Origin: Chlorokybus atmophyticus
Taxonomy: Eukaryota > Plantae > Mesostigma and Chlorokybus algae
Direction of reading: 5' to 3'
DNA length: 64,000 nucleotides
NCBI GenBank assembly: GCA_009103225.1
Contig: RHPI01002615.1
Location: 132,328 to 196,327, forward strand
Shown one piece after another: positions 1-12,831 of this stretch (positions are counted from its first letter, which is position 1; each line of letters begins with the position of its first letter). The position numbers and the translations under genes were made by a program. The notes beneath the pieces were generated by a model that was not told the origin of the DNA, did not search any database, and saw only the letters and a list, made by a program, of their open reading frames with translations.

Positions 1-2623
1 CCCCACAGCAGACAACGCTGAACGCTCGTCGGCGGGGAGAAGGCGACGTGGCGTCAAGGAGCTTCTCCTCCACCCGGCGTGCTGCCTTGACGCCTGTGCA
101 GGTGAGGACTGTGCTTTGCATGGTGTTGGTTGAGTGTGTCAGAGGTGGTTAGAAGGTGGTTGAGTGACTGAGCAGTGAAGACGCGGACGGCACATGCATG
201 TCTTAAACCTGCCCTTCCGAAACAGAAAGGAGGAAGAAGAGTCATCCTAGCGGTTCTTTCATCTCTCTGTATGCTTGCCTGCTTGCCTGTCTCCTCAACT
301 GATTGACGATTGTTTCTATTTGTTTTAACTTTTGTATTATGCAAACGTGCTTCAGACGCCGATTTTGCCCGTTTGACAGGTCTTTCTTGGCACTCTTGCT
401 TGCTTAGTTGTCTCACTAGCTTTCTCTCTTTCTTGCTTGCCCTCTTGCAGTTGTTGCAGCTGTTGTCGTTGCCTGTTGTTGTTGTTGTGTTCGTTGCGTG
501 TTGGCAGCTGAGGTTGGTCTGAGCTTGAGGATAGTAGTAGAGCAGCTGCCTGTTTTGCTGTCAAGCTGCGTTGCGAAGCAACAGGCTCGCAGTTCTTGTG
601 CTCTGTTACACGCTGTGGGCCTGTTCGCTACGGCCTGAACGTTGTTGGCTGTCCATTGTGAGCATGCTCATGCCTGACATGCTTATGAAAGAGCATGCTC
701 AAACCATGGCGCTATGCCTTACGCTTGCATGAGAGGCAGAGAGTGCCAGGCTTACGTGATTGACACTGCTTAAGGGTTCCCATGCATGCGTGTGGCTTGC
801 AACCCTGTCTACACTGGGACCACTACGACTTCGTAATTAACTGCTTCATATACGTCTGACAGCATGCATTTTGTGCAGGCGAGGAGCACGCTGCCAGCTG
901 AGCCGCGTCTGGGCCTGCTCGTGGCGCTCACCTCCGCCGCCACCCAAAAGCTGCGCGAAGGTGACTGTTGTTGTGTTAGTTTACTGAACACTTGCATGGG
1001 TAGTTTCAAAATCAATTTGTACGCGTGGACGAGCTTGTACGCGGACATGGGCTTGTTATGGATGACATGAACTGGCGTCCATGCATGTGGTCTGTCGACA
1101 TGTGCAATAACACTACACAACGTGCTGTTACACATGCAGGTGCTCAATCCCTTGCTGAAGAAGCTGGCAAGTATGTGCGTCCCGAGGCGCTTGCTTCGCG
1201 CACACCAGATCTTGAGACCATAGCCTACAGCGTAAGCCTCACCAGATATCAACTGTATACCTGCTAGTGCATCTCACCAATGAGCCTCATGCACATGTGA
1301 AAAAGATTATTTCTCATCTCAAATCAGGTGTTGAGGAAGGGAGATGGGTTTGAGCTGCGCGCAGTGGAGTCGTATGTGATTGCTGAGACTCGTACAAGCG
1401 GCCGGCCGTGGGACTTTGGTGCCGCTTCCAACGGCTTCAACACTCTCGCTGCCTACCTCTTTGGCAGGGTCAGACACTTGTACATCTTGCCTTGCTCTAG
1501 CTCAAGTAAGGTGTGGTTGTTGAACGGTTGGTGCCTTTGTTGTGGCAGAATGCGGGGCGTGAGGAGATGGAGATGACCACACCCGTCCTGCAGCGGCGAG
1601 GCGGTAGCATGGGCGAAAGTATGGATATGACAACACCGGTCATATCTCAGCGTGGGGTACGCTCTGTTGTGTTGTATACACGCACATCACGCATGACGTG
1701 CGTGCGTAGCAGAGCATGAGCCCCTTTCTGCATGCATGCTGTGCAGGTTTCAGCATGCATGCTGTGCAGGTTTCATAATGCATGCACACTGGCATGTAGG
1801 TGTGTGTGGGTGAGTGTGTGTGCACCTGCGCGCGCACCAACCATAGGCGAGTGTACAGCTATTCTACCGCATACGCTCATGTTCTTATATGCGCAGAAGG
1901 AGGGCGATGATGGCAGATGGCAGATGGCCTTTGTTCTGCCACTGAAGTACTCAAGCGAGTCCAACCCGCCTCCGCGGCCGCTTCCCGGCCAAGACGTGAG
2001 CATCCGCACGGTGCCCCCGCGCATGGTCGTCGCCCGCACCTTTGCAGGCAAGCAGGAGTTGGTTAGTATCACACAACTTGGTTCTCAGCTAAAGCTAGCT
2101 GGACAGCTACTGTTGAAAAATCTCTACAACCACAAAACCAACGAGTCTTGTGTTGGTATGATTCTGAGTACATGGTCACTAGCCGTGTGAGCATGAATCC
2201 AAGAATTGTCACAGAAGTAAGGACGTATTATTTCTGCGCCCCAATAACATCACCTTGGCAGTCATGTAGCTCTGCGTGGATAGCTACTAACAGTAGCCGA
2301 GAATAGGCAGCAACTGCAGTTGTTATCAACAATATCACCTTGCGACAACCATAACATTGAACCCTTATTCCAGGTCTGGTGTCGGGTGTTCTGGTCCAGC
2401 GTGAGGAGAATGCCCTGCGGCGGGCTATTGCGTTGGACCCAACATTGCAAGTGAAGCCTGGAGCACCTGCTGAGCTGCTGCAGGTAAGGTGTTGTGCGCA
2501 GCTACAACACTTGTGCATGAGTTACATTCTCTCTCTCTCCTTTCTTTGCAGTACAATCCGCCCTTTACGCCACCATTTCTGCGGCGCAATGAGATTATGC
2601 TCGAGGTTGTGGAGGCTGTATGA
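1..2623 (+). CDS. SOUL haem-binding family protein (plastid HBP-type); start codon lies upstream of the window
   Basis: Exons <1-101, 879-960, 1140-1231, 1328-1468, 1549-1656, 1897-2047, 2374-2483 and 2552-2623 splice in frame. They give SOUL motifs TPDLETIAYSVL, GFNTLAAYLFG, MEMTTPV, WQMAFVLP and YNPPFTPPFLRRNEI, ending at TGA. Intron 6 needs a GC donor (2048). Confidence 0.92.
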
Positions 2624-4736
2624 GCAGTAACGCGCGCACGACTTTTTTGGTTGTATATGTGTAGCTGTATGTTAGGGTTGGTGTGTAGCTGTTTGTAGGG
2701 TAGGCGCCGAGTTTGTGGGTGCTACAGGTCGAGGAGCAGCATTGGGTTGTGCCACTTTGTACAGGGAAGTAAGACTCATATGTGACAAGTAGGTAGTAGG
2801 TCTTAGCTTGTGGTGGTGTGACTTTGTATAGCGAGCAAGTAGGTACTTAGCTCAACCTCATGGTGCTGATGCACAAATGTGAACCAAGGCTAGCTTCATG
2901 ATTGTCAGGTGTACATGACATATGACGTGCTGTTGGGCGCACGCATGCAATATGCACATCACTCAAGCATTGCACGCACACCAATATACATCTCACTGTT
3001 GTCACGACCGGGCTAATGTACTGCACCAAGCTACACCTACATCAAGACGCATCTGCAGGTGCCTAAGTAGCTGGCCGGGCATGCGTGCTTGCCTGCATGA
3101 CGAACAGGGGGGCAGTAGTAGTGGTAGGGGTAGAGGTAGGGGTAGAGGTAGGCGTGGTAGATAGGAGGTGCATTGAGCCCGGCGGTCGAGTTGTTGAGTT
3201 GTTGTGTTGTTAGTAGTGTGCATGTTTTACATTGCACGCACGAATTCCCTGTTCCTTCTTTATACACGTACTAGCCTTCCCCGTTGACATGCATTTGACG
3301 TCAGCTTGTGAGTGATTGCAATTTTGCCATTGACTACTTGCTAAGTGATTAACTGCCTGCTATGCTGACTGCTGTGCTAATTGACTGACTGCTGAGCTGA
3401 CAGTGCACTAACGTGATATGTCAAGTGCTGTCGCTCAGAATGCCTGTGTCTCATCTGACTCAGCAAAGTGTCCGTTGGGCCAGCCATTGTATCGCTACTG
3501 CTCCTGCTGGCGGCGGGTGTTACAACAAGCGGCTGTAAAGACCAGCACGCCATAACCTAGCCCCCCGGCCTGCTGCGCCCCTCACGCACAGCACAACACA
3601 GCATCCCGCTCACCCCCTCGCCTAACCTCCCTTGCCTGCTGCTGCTGCTGCTACCTGCTGGTCGCTTCTACAACTACGCTGACACCAGCCCCGCTGTTGC
3701 TCAGGTCTGCCCTGCCTTGCCTTGCCTTACACCTGCTGTGCTGCTACTGCCCCGCCCCACCTCTCCGCCCACCACCACCAGCATACGCACGTAGCTAGTG
3801 CACATAGCCTTGCCCTTGCCCTTGTAATTCAGTCCTTGCTGGTGTGCCTGTTGGTGTGCTGGCTGGTGTGCTTGCTGGTGCCTTACATTGTGTTGCAATT
3901 GTTGGAAAGCCTATGCATGCACATATTCATCATTGCCTGCCCACACGAGCTTTCGTGTTACAATTACATTGTGCCTGATGTTATGGCGTAGTGAAAAATA
4001 TTATTATTGTTCATGGATTGACTAGATGTAACAATTCATTGATAATAGAGCACTCAAGTGTGCAATAATCTATAATGTAATTTTACCATGATATATATAT
4101 AAATATAATAATAAATACGTACATATATATGTGTATAAATATATGTTTGTATATATATATACATATGTGTATGTATATAAGTATCCGCTTGAAGAAGTCA
4201 CTCAACTATGTTCATGGCGACGGAATTGTCTCGAAGTTGCACAAGTTTGCGTTGTGGAATGTTTACCATAAGCCTTGCTTTTGTGTAATGACAATAGTTT
4301 ATCGGCTAACCTTATGCTGCTTTGGAATAATAAGTACACCTTGATCAATCAGTAAGAAACACTTTGCGTAAGAGCTGTTTTAGCAACATTTATGTTGCAG
4401 ATCATCTTCAAACAAGGAGTCTATGTCAAGAAGAGTTTATGTCATAGTGAAAGAAAGCAGGACATTCGTCACTTTGCCTGGTATTTGCATTTGTCTACAG
4501 GTCTTACAGAAATCTCACATTCTGTGAATTTTCTGGTGAGACTGAGAAGAAATGCATTCTGACTGGGAACAACAATTCCACCGGTCGATCAACGGATAGA
4601 ACCGGCACATGACCCTCAGCGCTGGTGCCACACGCTCCAAGCCTGAGAGGCAAGTCCCGAAGCCTCTTCTTCTGTCACCTGATGTGACTTGAGAAGGCAC
4701 CAGTCCCGTCAAGATGACGGGAGGTCCGGCAATAAA

Positions 4737-6169
4737 ATGGCGGAGAGAAGCGCACTGCTCAGCGACCTTTGGCGTTCGAGCTTAGCGGCGGCGGGGGCTG
4801 CGTCCGTCAAGTCAGTGAACCTGTTGTTGGTGGGCGCTTCCCATCACCTCGCAGTGTACCAAGCCGGCTAGGTCTACCCACCCACCGGTGAGTTGGTTTC
4901 AAAGGTGTTGCGGTTGGCAAGAGTTGACAAAAGTCACGATTGGGTCTATGCGTTTACAGGGCAGTGCCTGTCGGAAGGTAGCGCATTCAAGTGTTGCTTT
5001 GTGGTTGCATACACAGGCGCGTATTTCAGCTGTGTATTCTGGTAGCATAACCAGCGTCCTACTCTCGTCTGGTCCACATTATTACACGAAGGGCATGTGG
5101 GTGCACCGAGTAGGCTGGTCAGGTTGCATTGGTCGGGTCTGGTGGCGGAGAGGGGTGGGCCTAATTGCATTGTGAGGTTGTCCTGTCATGTCTCACAAGC
5201 CTGGAAAGTCTCAGTTGTTGCAAAGAGTGTGCATTCGTATGCTGACTGCGGGTGTCGCGCTGTGTGATGTGTAGGAAGAAGGAGGAGGCTACGGAAGCTG
5301 CAATGGTGCAAGTCACCAACCAACAGCCACCACGCAACAACACTGGGACAGATGGGAAGCCGTCTACTCAAGTGATCTTCAGAGCACCTTCAGAGGAGGC
5401 CGGAACCAGTTCGAGACAACCACCACCAACACATCGCCAAGGGACCAAGCGCAAAGGTGAGAATGCGCACAACTTCTTGCTCTTGCAGAAAGTTTTGGCT
5501 TTGGTAGCATAGCTTGCTGCGCGTATTGTATGTATGCCAGTGACTGAACAGCTGCCTGAACCTTGACCCTTGCCAGCCGAACAAGCTTCGAGGGATGAGC
5601 TGGAAGCCGCGAGGATGGAGCTGCAAGCCCTTATGCTGTCAGTTGCCAAGTTTCATACAAAATGGAGAGGCGACATGAAGCGTGCTGTCACAAGGTGCCT
5701 CAAGGATCTTACGGCGGACAACAACACCGTCATTAGTATGGTGCCTACAGGGAGAACCTACAGGGAGAGGCCTCAGACGCAAATGGCACCACTTGCACAG
5801 CCCAACAGCATCCTTGAGAACTTACAGGCTGAGAAACAGGCTCTCACTACACAGCTTGCAGAGCGCGACGGCCTTGTCAGCGAGCTTCAGGCTAAGAAGC
5901 AGACTATTTCTCACCAGCTTGCAGAGCGCAACAGCAATGTGAGAAGGCTTCAGGCTGAGAAGGTGGAGCTTATACAACGACTTGAACGGCGCGACGGCCT
6001 CGTGAAACAGCTGCAGGTTGACAAGCAGGCACTCGACACGAGGCTGGCAGCTGCTCGGGAGCAGTCTCTGAGGCAGAAGGGGCAGTATGATGGGTTGGCA
6101 CAGCGCATTGCACAGCTCCTGAACACGCTGCCTTCCTCTTCGCAGGGCGCAACTCCCATGGCACCGTGA
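4737..6169 (+). CDS. Orphan NLS + coiled-coil protein, tandem copy 1
   Basis: Exons 4737-4810 (possible upstream coding exon; alternative ATG at 5303), 5275-5456 and 5577-6169 join in frame. There is a KRK motif at the exon junction and 21-aa LQAEKQ...QLAER heptad repeats. Confidence 0.65.
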
Positions 6170-7709
6170 CTATAGTAGTATAGATACTACTTGAGTCAAG
6201 TTTGTCTTAATCATAGCTAGTACATAGCACGCAAATAGCATGCACTTACGGTGTCAAGGATGTAGCGTAACTTATGTTAGCCTGACTGCCTTGTAGTTGA
6301 GCAGCCCAGCATTGGTTGCTAGTGCCTTAATCAGCTGTCTGGCCTTGTGCCACCTGCGCCGACCTGCTGAATGTTGTGAAACAGTCTGGTTCTGCTTAGT
6401 TGCACGCACAGTACAGTGCTGCACATTTAGCAATCAGCACCCACTGCCGACTTAGCAACCATGAACACGGGTACCTCTCCCTATACCCCCCCCACCGCAC
6501 GCATGTACAGCTGTGCTCACGTACGCGCGCACACGGGCACATTTACCGTTCAGGTTGCACACAAGCACGAATTCTTCTGCCTCATGCACTGGTTCTCTGC
6601 TGCCGCTTTGTGCGCTTGATGTACATTCAATGCGTCCCATGGCTCTCAACAAGCAAGGTACGGCAGTGCTGGTGACCAGCTGCTTCCATACTCAGTAGGC
6701 ATGTGCAGTACTCTTCTCTTCCTGCTTGCGCTGCGTTGCCCGCTGAATTTGTGCAGTACCAGCACCGTGACAGCATCCAGCGAGATGCAGCAGCGGTGAG
6801 CGACCCCTCTGAGCCTACATGGCCAGGTGACAGGATGCCTACCTGCATTGCGCCTTGGCAAGTACGATGCTCGCTGTGAGGAGAGGCACCCGTCACATCA
6901 GTGCCACCGCTGCTGTCACATCATTAGGCGGCCAGAACGGCGGCTACACCTGACTGGGGAACAATCCACAGGTCAACCATCAATAGACCGGACGTCAAAT
7001 GACCAGACCCTTGCGCTGGTACCACACGCTCTGAGACCGAGATACATGTACGAGTCTCAAAGCCGCTTCTGTCACCTGATGTGATGTGACTTGACAAGAC
7101 ACCAGTCCCATCAGGAGGTCCTGAGGGAGGTATATTACGTAACATCGGCGGAGAAGCGCACTGCTCAGCTAATCTGTTTCTTTGGCGTGCGAGGTTAGCG
7201 GCGGCGGGCGCTGCGCCAGTCAAGTCAGTGACCCTGTCGGGCTTCCGTTAAGCACACCCCAGTGTCCCCAAACCGCAGCTACCCAACCACCGGTGAGAGA
7301 GTTGTAAAGGTTGTGTTGCACAGTGCAAGAATTTGGTGATTGGTGCTGGGTCTGGGTACTAGGCCCACGAGTCAGGAGCCTGTCACAATGCAGCTCAGGG
7401 GCACCCGCATAGCCTAGCGTAGCGCATCTGTCAGCGAAGCAGGGTCTGGGCTGCTCTAAATGGCCCGTCGCGCAATGTCAGTCTGGCGTATTTCAGCTTG
7501 CCAGGTTGCATCAGTTGTGGTGGCCGAGAGGGTTGGGCCCAGTTGAGGCTGTCGAGTCAAGTCTATTGACTGATTCGCCTTCATCAACCAGTAAGCGAGG
7601 TTCTCAAGCCTGGAAACTCAGTTGTTCAAGTGTGGATCTGTTTGCTGAGTGCTGCGGGTGTTGCGCATGTGCAGGAAGAAGGAGGAGGCTACTAGCGTTG
7701 AAGGCTGCA

Positions 7710-8632
7710 ATGGCGGAAGTTACCAACCAACAGCCTCCAAGCACAAACACTGGGACAGAGCCTGGAACGAACGGCGCCAATAACACATCTGGTGATGGGA
7801 AGCCATCTGCTCAAGCAAATTCCAAAGCACCTGCACAGGATGCCAGAGCCAGCTCGAGAGAACAACCAGCAAACACAAAGAGAAAGCGCAAAGGTGTGTG
7901 AATGAAGACACTCTGTGTTCTAATGTGAAACGTTGAGGACCGCACATAGCTTGCCGTGTGTGTTGTTAGTATGCTAGTCAACAGCTGACTGAGGCTTGCG
8001 CTCGGCCAGCTGAGCAAACCCCCAACGTGGAGCTGCAAGCCCTTCTGCCATCGCTTGCCACGTTTCATAAGAAATGGAGAGGAGGCCTGAGGCGTGCTAT
8101 CACAAAGTGCCAAAAGGAGATGGAGGACCTTACGGAGGAGCGCAACAGTCTTAAGAAGGAGCTTGACACAAAGGAGACAAAGTGTGCACCACTCGAACAG
8201 CGCAACAGCCTTCTTGAGAAGAACCTGCACAATTCGAAGCAGACATTCACTGAACAGCTTGCAGAGCGCAACAGCCTTGTGAGGCAACTTCAGGCTGAGA
8301 AGCAGGCATACATTACACAACTTGCAGAGGGCAAAAACATTGTGAGAGAGCTTCAGGCCGGCAAACTGGAGCTTTCTCAACGACTTGCACGGCGTGACAG
8401 CCTCGTAAAGCAGCTTCATGCTGAGAAGCAGGCAGTGAAGACGCAGCTGGCAGCCGCTCAGGAGCAGACTGTCAAGCATAAGGAGCAGTATATTGAGTTG
8501 GAGATGAAGCATGCCCAGCTTCGCACAGTTTTCCAGGAACTCAGAAGCCACCTTTCGAAGGGAGAGACAGCCGCGCAACGCATTGCGCAGCTGCTGAACA
8601 TGCAGGAGGCAATGCCCTTGAATGGCGTGTAA
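7710..8632 (+). CDS. Orphan NLS + coiled-coil protein, tandem copy 2
   Basis: ATG at 7710, exon to 7893 (TKRKRK), phase-1 intron, exon 8010-8632 open to TAA. Paralogous to copies 1 and 3. Confidence 0.7.
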
Positions 8633-9072
8633 TGTTACTTTATCAGACTCTAATACATAGCTGCTATATGGATATGATAAGCTTGCATCATAGCTTGCAC
8701 TGAGGTTGTAATATATACAGCGCTAACTCACGCTAGCCTGACTGCCTTGTAGTTGAGCAGCACAGGTTGCCAGTTTGGTTGTCATCGCTCTCTCTGTCCT
8801 GTGCCCACCTGCGCCCACCTGCTGAGTGAAGCTTGCGAGATGGTCGTAATGGTCGTAATCTGCCTTGTCCTGCACACAGTAAGATGCAACGCTGCACACA
8901 ATCAGTGATTTGCTATCATCCCCGACTTGCAACCCTACAAGAAGGGTACCGCACGCATCTATAGCAACCAGCGAAAAGCCGAAGGTTGAGTCCTCGTTGC
9001 GCACGCTTGGGCATACTAGGACACTGTGGCTACACGACAAGCATGAGAGCAAGGGGCCTCCCACGCCTTCTC

Positions 9073-9654
9073 NNNNNNNNNNNNNNNNNNNNNNNNNNNN
9101 NNNNNNNNNNNNNNNNNNNNNNNNNNNNNNNNNNNNNNNNNNNNNNNNNNNNNNNNNNNNNNNNNNNNNNNNNNNNNNNNNNNNNNNNNNNNNNNNNNNN
9201 NNNNNNNNNNNNNNNNNNNNNNNNNNNNNNNNNNNNNNNNNNNNNNNNNNNNNNNNNNNNNNNNNNNNNNNNNNNNNNNNNNNNNNNNNNNNNNNNNNNN
9301 NNNNNNNNNNNNNNNNNNNNNNNNNNNNNNNNNNNNNNNNNNNNNNNNNNNNNNNNNNNNNNNNNNNNNNNNNNNNNNNNNNNNNNNNNNNNNNNNNNNN
9401 NNNNNNNNNNNNNNNNNNNNNNNNNNNNNNNNNNNNNNNNNNNNNNNNNNNNNNNNNNNNNNNNNNNNNNNNNNNNNNNNNNNNNNNNNNNNNNNNNNNN
9501 NNNNNNNNNNNNNNNNNNNNNNNNNNNNNNNNNNNNNNNNNNNNNNNNNNNNNNNNNNNNNNNNNNNNNNNNNNNNNNNNNNNNNNNNNNNNNNNNNNNN
9601 NNNNNNNNNNNNNNNNNNNNNNNNNNNNNNNNNNNNNNNNNNNNNNNNNNNNNN
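9073..9654. other. Assembly gap (N run)
   Basis: N bases with a G-rich right flank. Confidence 1.
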
Positions 9655-11157
9655 CGGGGGGGGAGGGGGGGGGGAACTTGAGCATCAACAGTTGCACGCA
9701 TTCAGCACAACCGACCTAGTGCCATGCAGTTAGCCTTTTGCAGCCCCTCTCGGACATTACAACACCAATACGCGCGCGCGTGCGCACGCACACACACGCA
9801 CGCACATGTACCCTTTGAGTTGCACACGAGCACGCATGCTTGTGCCTTATGCACTCATTCTTTGCTGCCGCTCTGTGCGCTTGATGCGCAGTCGATGCTT
9901 CCCATGACTTTTCCAAGCAAGGTACGGCAGTGCTGACGACCAGCTGCTCTTTTACTCGTTTTGCATGCGCTACACTCACTCCTCTTCGCGCTCGCGCTGC
10001 GTTGCCAACTGATTCTGTACAAGACCGACACCGTGACAGCATCAAGCGACATGCAGCAACGGTCAGCGACCCTTTCAGCTACATGGCCATAGAACATGAT
10101 GTCTACCTGCATTCCCGTTGGCATGTACAATGCTTGCTGTGCGGACAGCTTTCTAAAAGAAGGAAACACATCAGTGCCACCACCGCTGTAACAATCTTAC
10201 TCATTGAACATACCGGCACATCACCTGACCCATCCGTTGGTAACACACGCACCAAGCCCGAGAGGCCAGTCCCGAAGCCTCTCTTCTGTCACACCTGATG
10301 TGATGTGATTGACAAGACACCAGTCCCGTCAAGCTGGCGGAGGTCCGGCAATAAAGGGCTGAGAAGCGCACTGCGCAGCTTAGCTCAGTTGTGTGCGACC
10401 TGTGGCTTGCGAGCTGAGCGGCGGCGGGCGCTGCCACAGTCAAGTCAGTGACCCTGTTGTTGCAGGGCGCTTTGTACCTTGCAGTGTCCCAAGCCGCAGC
10501 TACCCACCCACCGGTGAGTTGGTTTCAAAGGTATCTCTCTCACTTTGAAGGTTGTGTTGCATATTGCAAGAGTTGGGTAATATAGTGCAGGGCCTGGTGC
10601 CAGGGCTACATGTCAGGGGCCTGTCACAGCGTAGCGCTGTGCCACACGCATAGCCTGGTGAAGCGCAGCTGTCAAATGAAGCAGGGTCTGGGCTACTCCA
10701 GGTGGCCAGTTGGGTAGTGTAAGTCTTGGCCAGATTGTAACGTGAAAAAGCATGTGGGTGCGCTGTTGAGTAAATGGGAATGGACAGGGGTCTAGTTGGC
10801 ATTCGACGCGTGTTGCCCAAGTTGTGAACCTGGATGGGTGGTGGTGGTGGTGGGGTGGGTGGGTGGGTGGGTGGGTGGGTTTGTTAAACGAATGCGTCTG
10901 GGTGCCTACTTGGTAGACTGAACTAGCAGACCTGCGTTAGTTTAGTCCAGCATGTTGTTCACTTTGCTTTGTACTAGTATCGGTCAGGTTGTCCTGTCAT
11001 GTCAATCGACTCAGGTCTGCCCCCATCCAGTCAGCGGGGGGTAGAAGTTGTTCTCCAGCCTGGAAACTCATTTGTTCAGAGTGTTATCAATTACTGACAA
11101 GCATGCGGGTGTCGCGCATGTGCAGGAAGGAGGAGGCTGTTGGCTGCGGCGGCTACA

Positions 11158-12106
11158 ATGGCGGAAGCCACCAACCAGCAGCCAAGCAATAACACCGGGA
11201 TAGACGTGAAGCCAGGATCAAACGGCGCCAATTACACCAACGATGCGAAGGCATCTGCTCAAATAAATCCCAAAGTACCTGTAGAGGATGCCAGCGCCAG
11301 CGCGAGACAACAACCATCGGAGAAAAAAAGAAAGCGCCAAGGTGTGTAATTGAACACAATTTCTATTCTGCATGAAGTGTTAGGAATTGCGCGTAGCTTG
11401 CCGTGAATGCTGTAAGTATGCCAGTAAACAGCTGACTGAGGCTTGTGCTCTGCCAGCTGAGCAAGCCGTGAAGGTGGCGCTGCAAGCCCCGAGGGTGGAG
11501 CTGCAAGCCCTTGTGCCATCGCTTGCTACTTTTCACAACAATTGGAGAAAACGCCTGAGGCGTGCTATCACAAGGTGCCAAAAGGAGATGGAGGACCTTA
11601 CAGAGGAACGCAACAGCCTTGAGAAAAAGCTTCAGAGGCAGCAGGCACACTGTGCACAACTCGAACAGCGCAACAGCCTCCTCGAGAACCTGAACGCCGA
11701 GCAGCACACACTTACTGCAGAAGTTGTAGAGCGCGGCGCCCTTGTGAAGAAGCTGCAGGTTGAGAAGCTGGCATTCATTGCACAACTTGCACAGGGCAAA
11801 AACCTTGTGAGAGAGCTTCAGGCCGGCAAACAGGAGCTTGCTCAACGACTTGCACGGCGTGACGACCTCGCAAAGCAGCTTCATGCTGACAAGCAGGCAG
11901 TGAAGACGCAGCTGGCAGCTGCTCAGGAGCAGACTCTGAAGCAAAAGGAGCAATATACTCAGTTGGAGACGAAGCATGCCCAGCTTCGCACAGTTTTCCA
12001 GGAACTCAAAAGCCACCTTTCGAAGCTAACACAGGGAGAGACAGCCGCGCAACGCATTGCGCAGCTGCTGAACATGCAGGAGGCAATGCCCTTGGATGGC
12101 GTGTAA
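11158..12106 (+). CDS. Orphan NLS + coiled-coil protein, tandem copy 3
   Basis: ATG at 11158, exon to 11341 (EKKRKRQ), exon 11457-12106 open to TAA. Same intron position as copies 1 and 2. Confidence 0.7.
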
Positions 12107-12510
12107 CGGTATTGCTTGGGTCAACTCTGTCTAATACATACATAGCTACATGGATATGATGAGCTTGCACCATAGCATGCACTGAGGGTGTAACCTTTAG
12201 AGCGTAACTTACATTAGCCTGACTGCCTTGTAGTTGAGCAGCACTGGTTGCCAGTTTGTTTTGCAGCTTCCTCTGTCCTGTGCCCACCTGCTGACTGATT
12301 GCATATCGGACGGATTCTGCTTTGTCCTGCACACAGTAATGCAAACGCTGCACACAAACAGTGATTTGCTGTCCCGAAATAGAGGGTATCTATCCCTTTT
12401 CAAGCACCCAAGCGCACGCACATCACTCAAAGGGTTGCACACATGCGCAAGTACAATCATACACATATAAATAAATACACACACACACACACACACATAT
12501 ATATACATAC

Positions 12511-12544
<34 letters not shown>

Positions 12545-12657
12545 CTGTATATATATAGGCACGCCAGTGGAAAGCGGAAGGTTGGGTCCTCGTTGCGCAA
12601 GCTTGGGCATACACCAGGCTGCCGTGGCTACATGACAAGCCTGAGAGAAGGAGGGGA

Positions 12658-12831
12658 NNNNNNNNNNNNNNNNNNNNNNNNNNNNNNNNNNNNNNNNNNN
12701 NNNNNNNNNNNNNNNNNNNNNNNNNNNNNNNNNNNNNNNNNNNNNNNNNNNNNNNNNNNNNNNNNNNNNNNNNNNNNNNNNNNNNNNNNNNNNNNNNNNN
12801 NNNNNNNNNNNNNNNNNNNNNNNNNNNNNNN
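12658..12831. other. Assembly gap (N run)
   Basis: N bases at the position homologous to the first gap within the repeat unit. Confidence 1.

Noticed and set aside
130-610. Possible solo LTR in SOUL intron 1, ending TGTTACA (a similar end occurs at about 3521)
   Set aside because: No matching 5' terminus or TSD could be identified.
8723-9719. Long ORFs of 220-320 aa in the ORF track (also 12423-12944)
   Set aside because: Artefacts of reading through N gaps.
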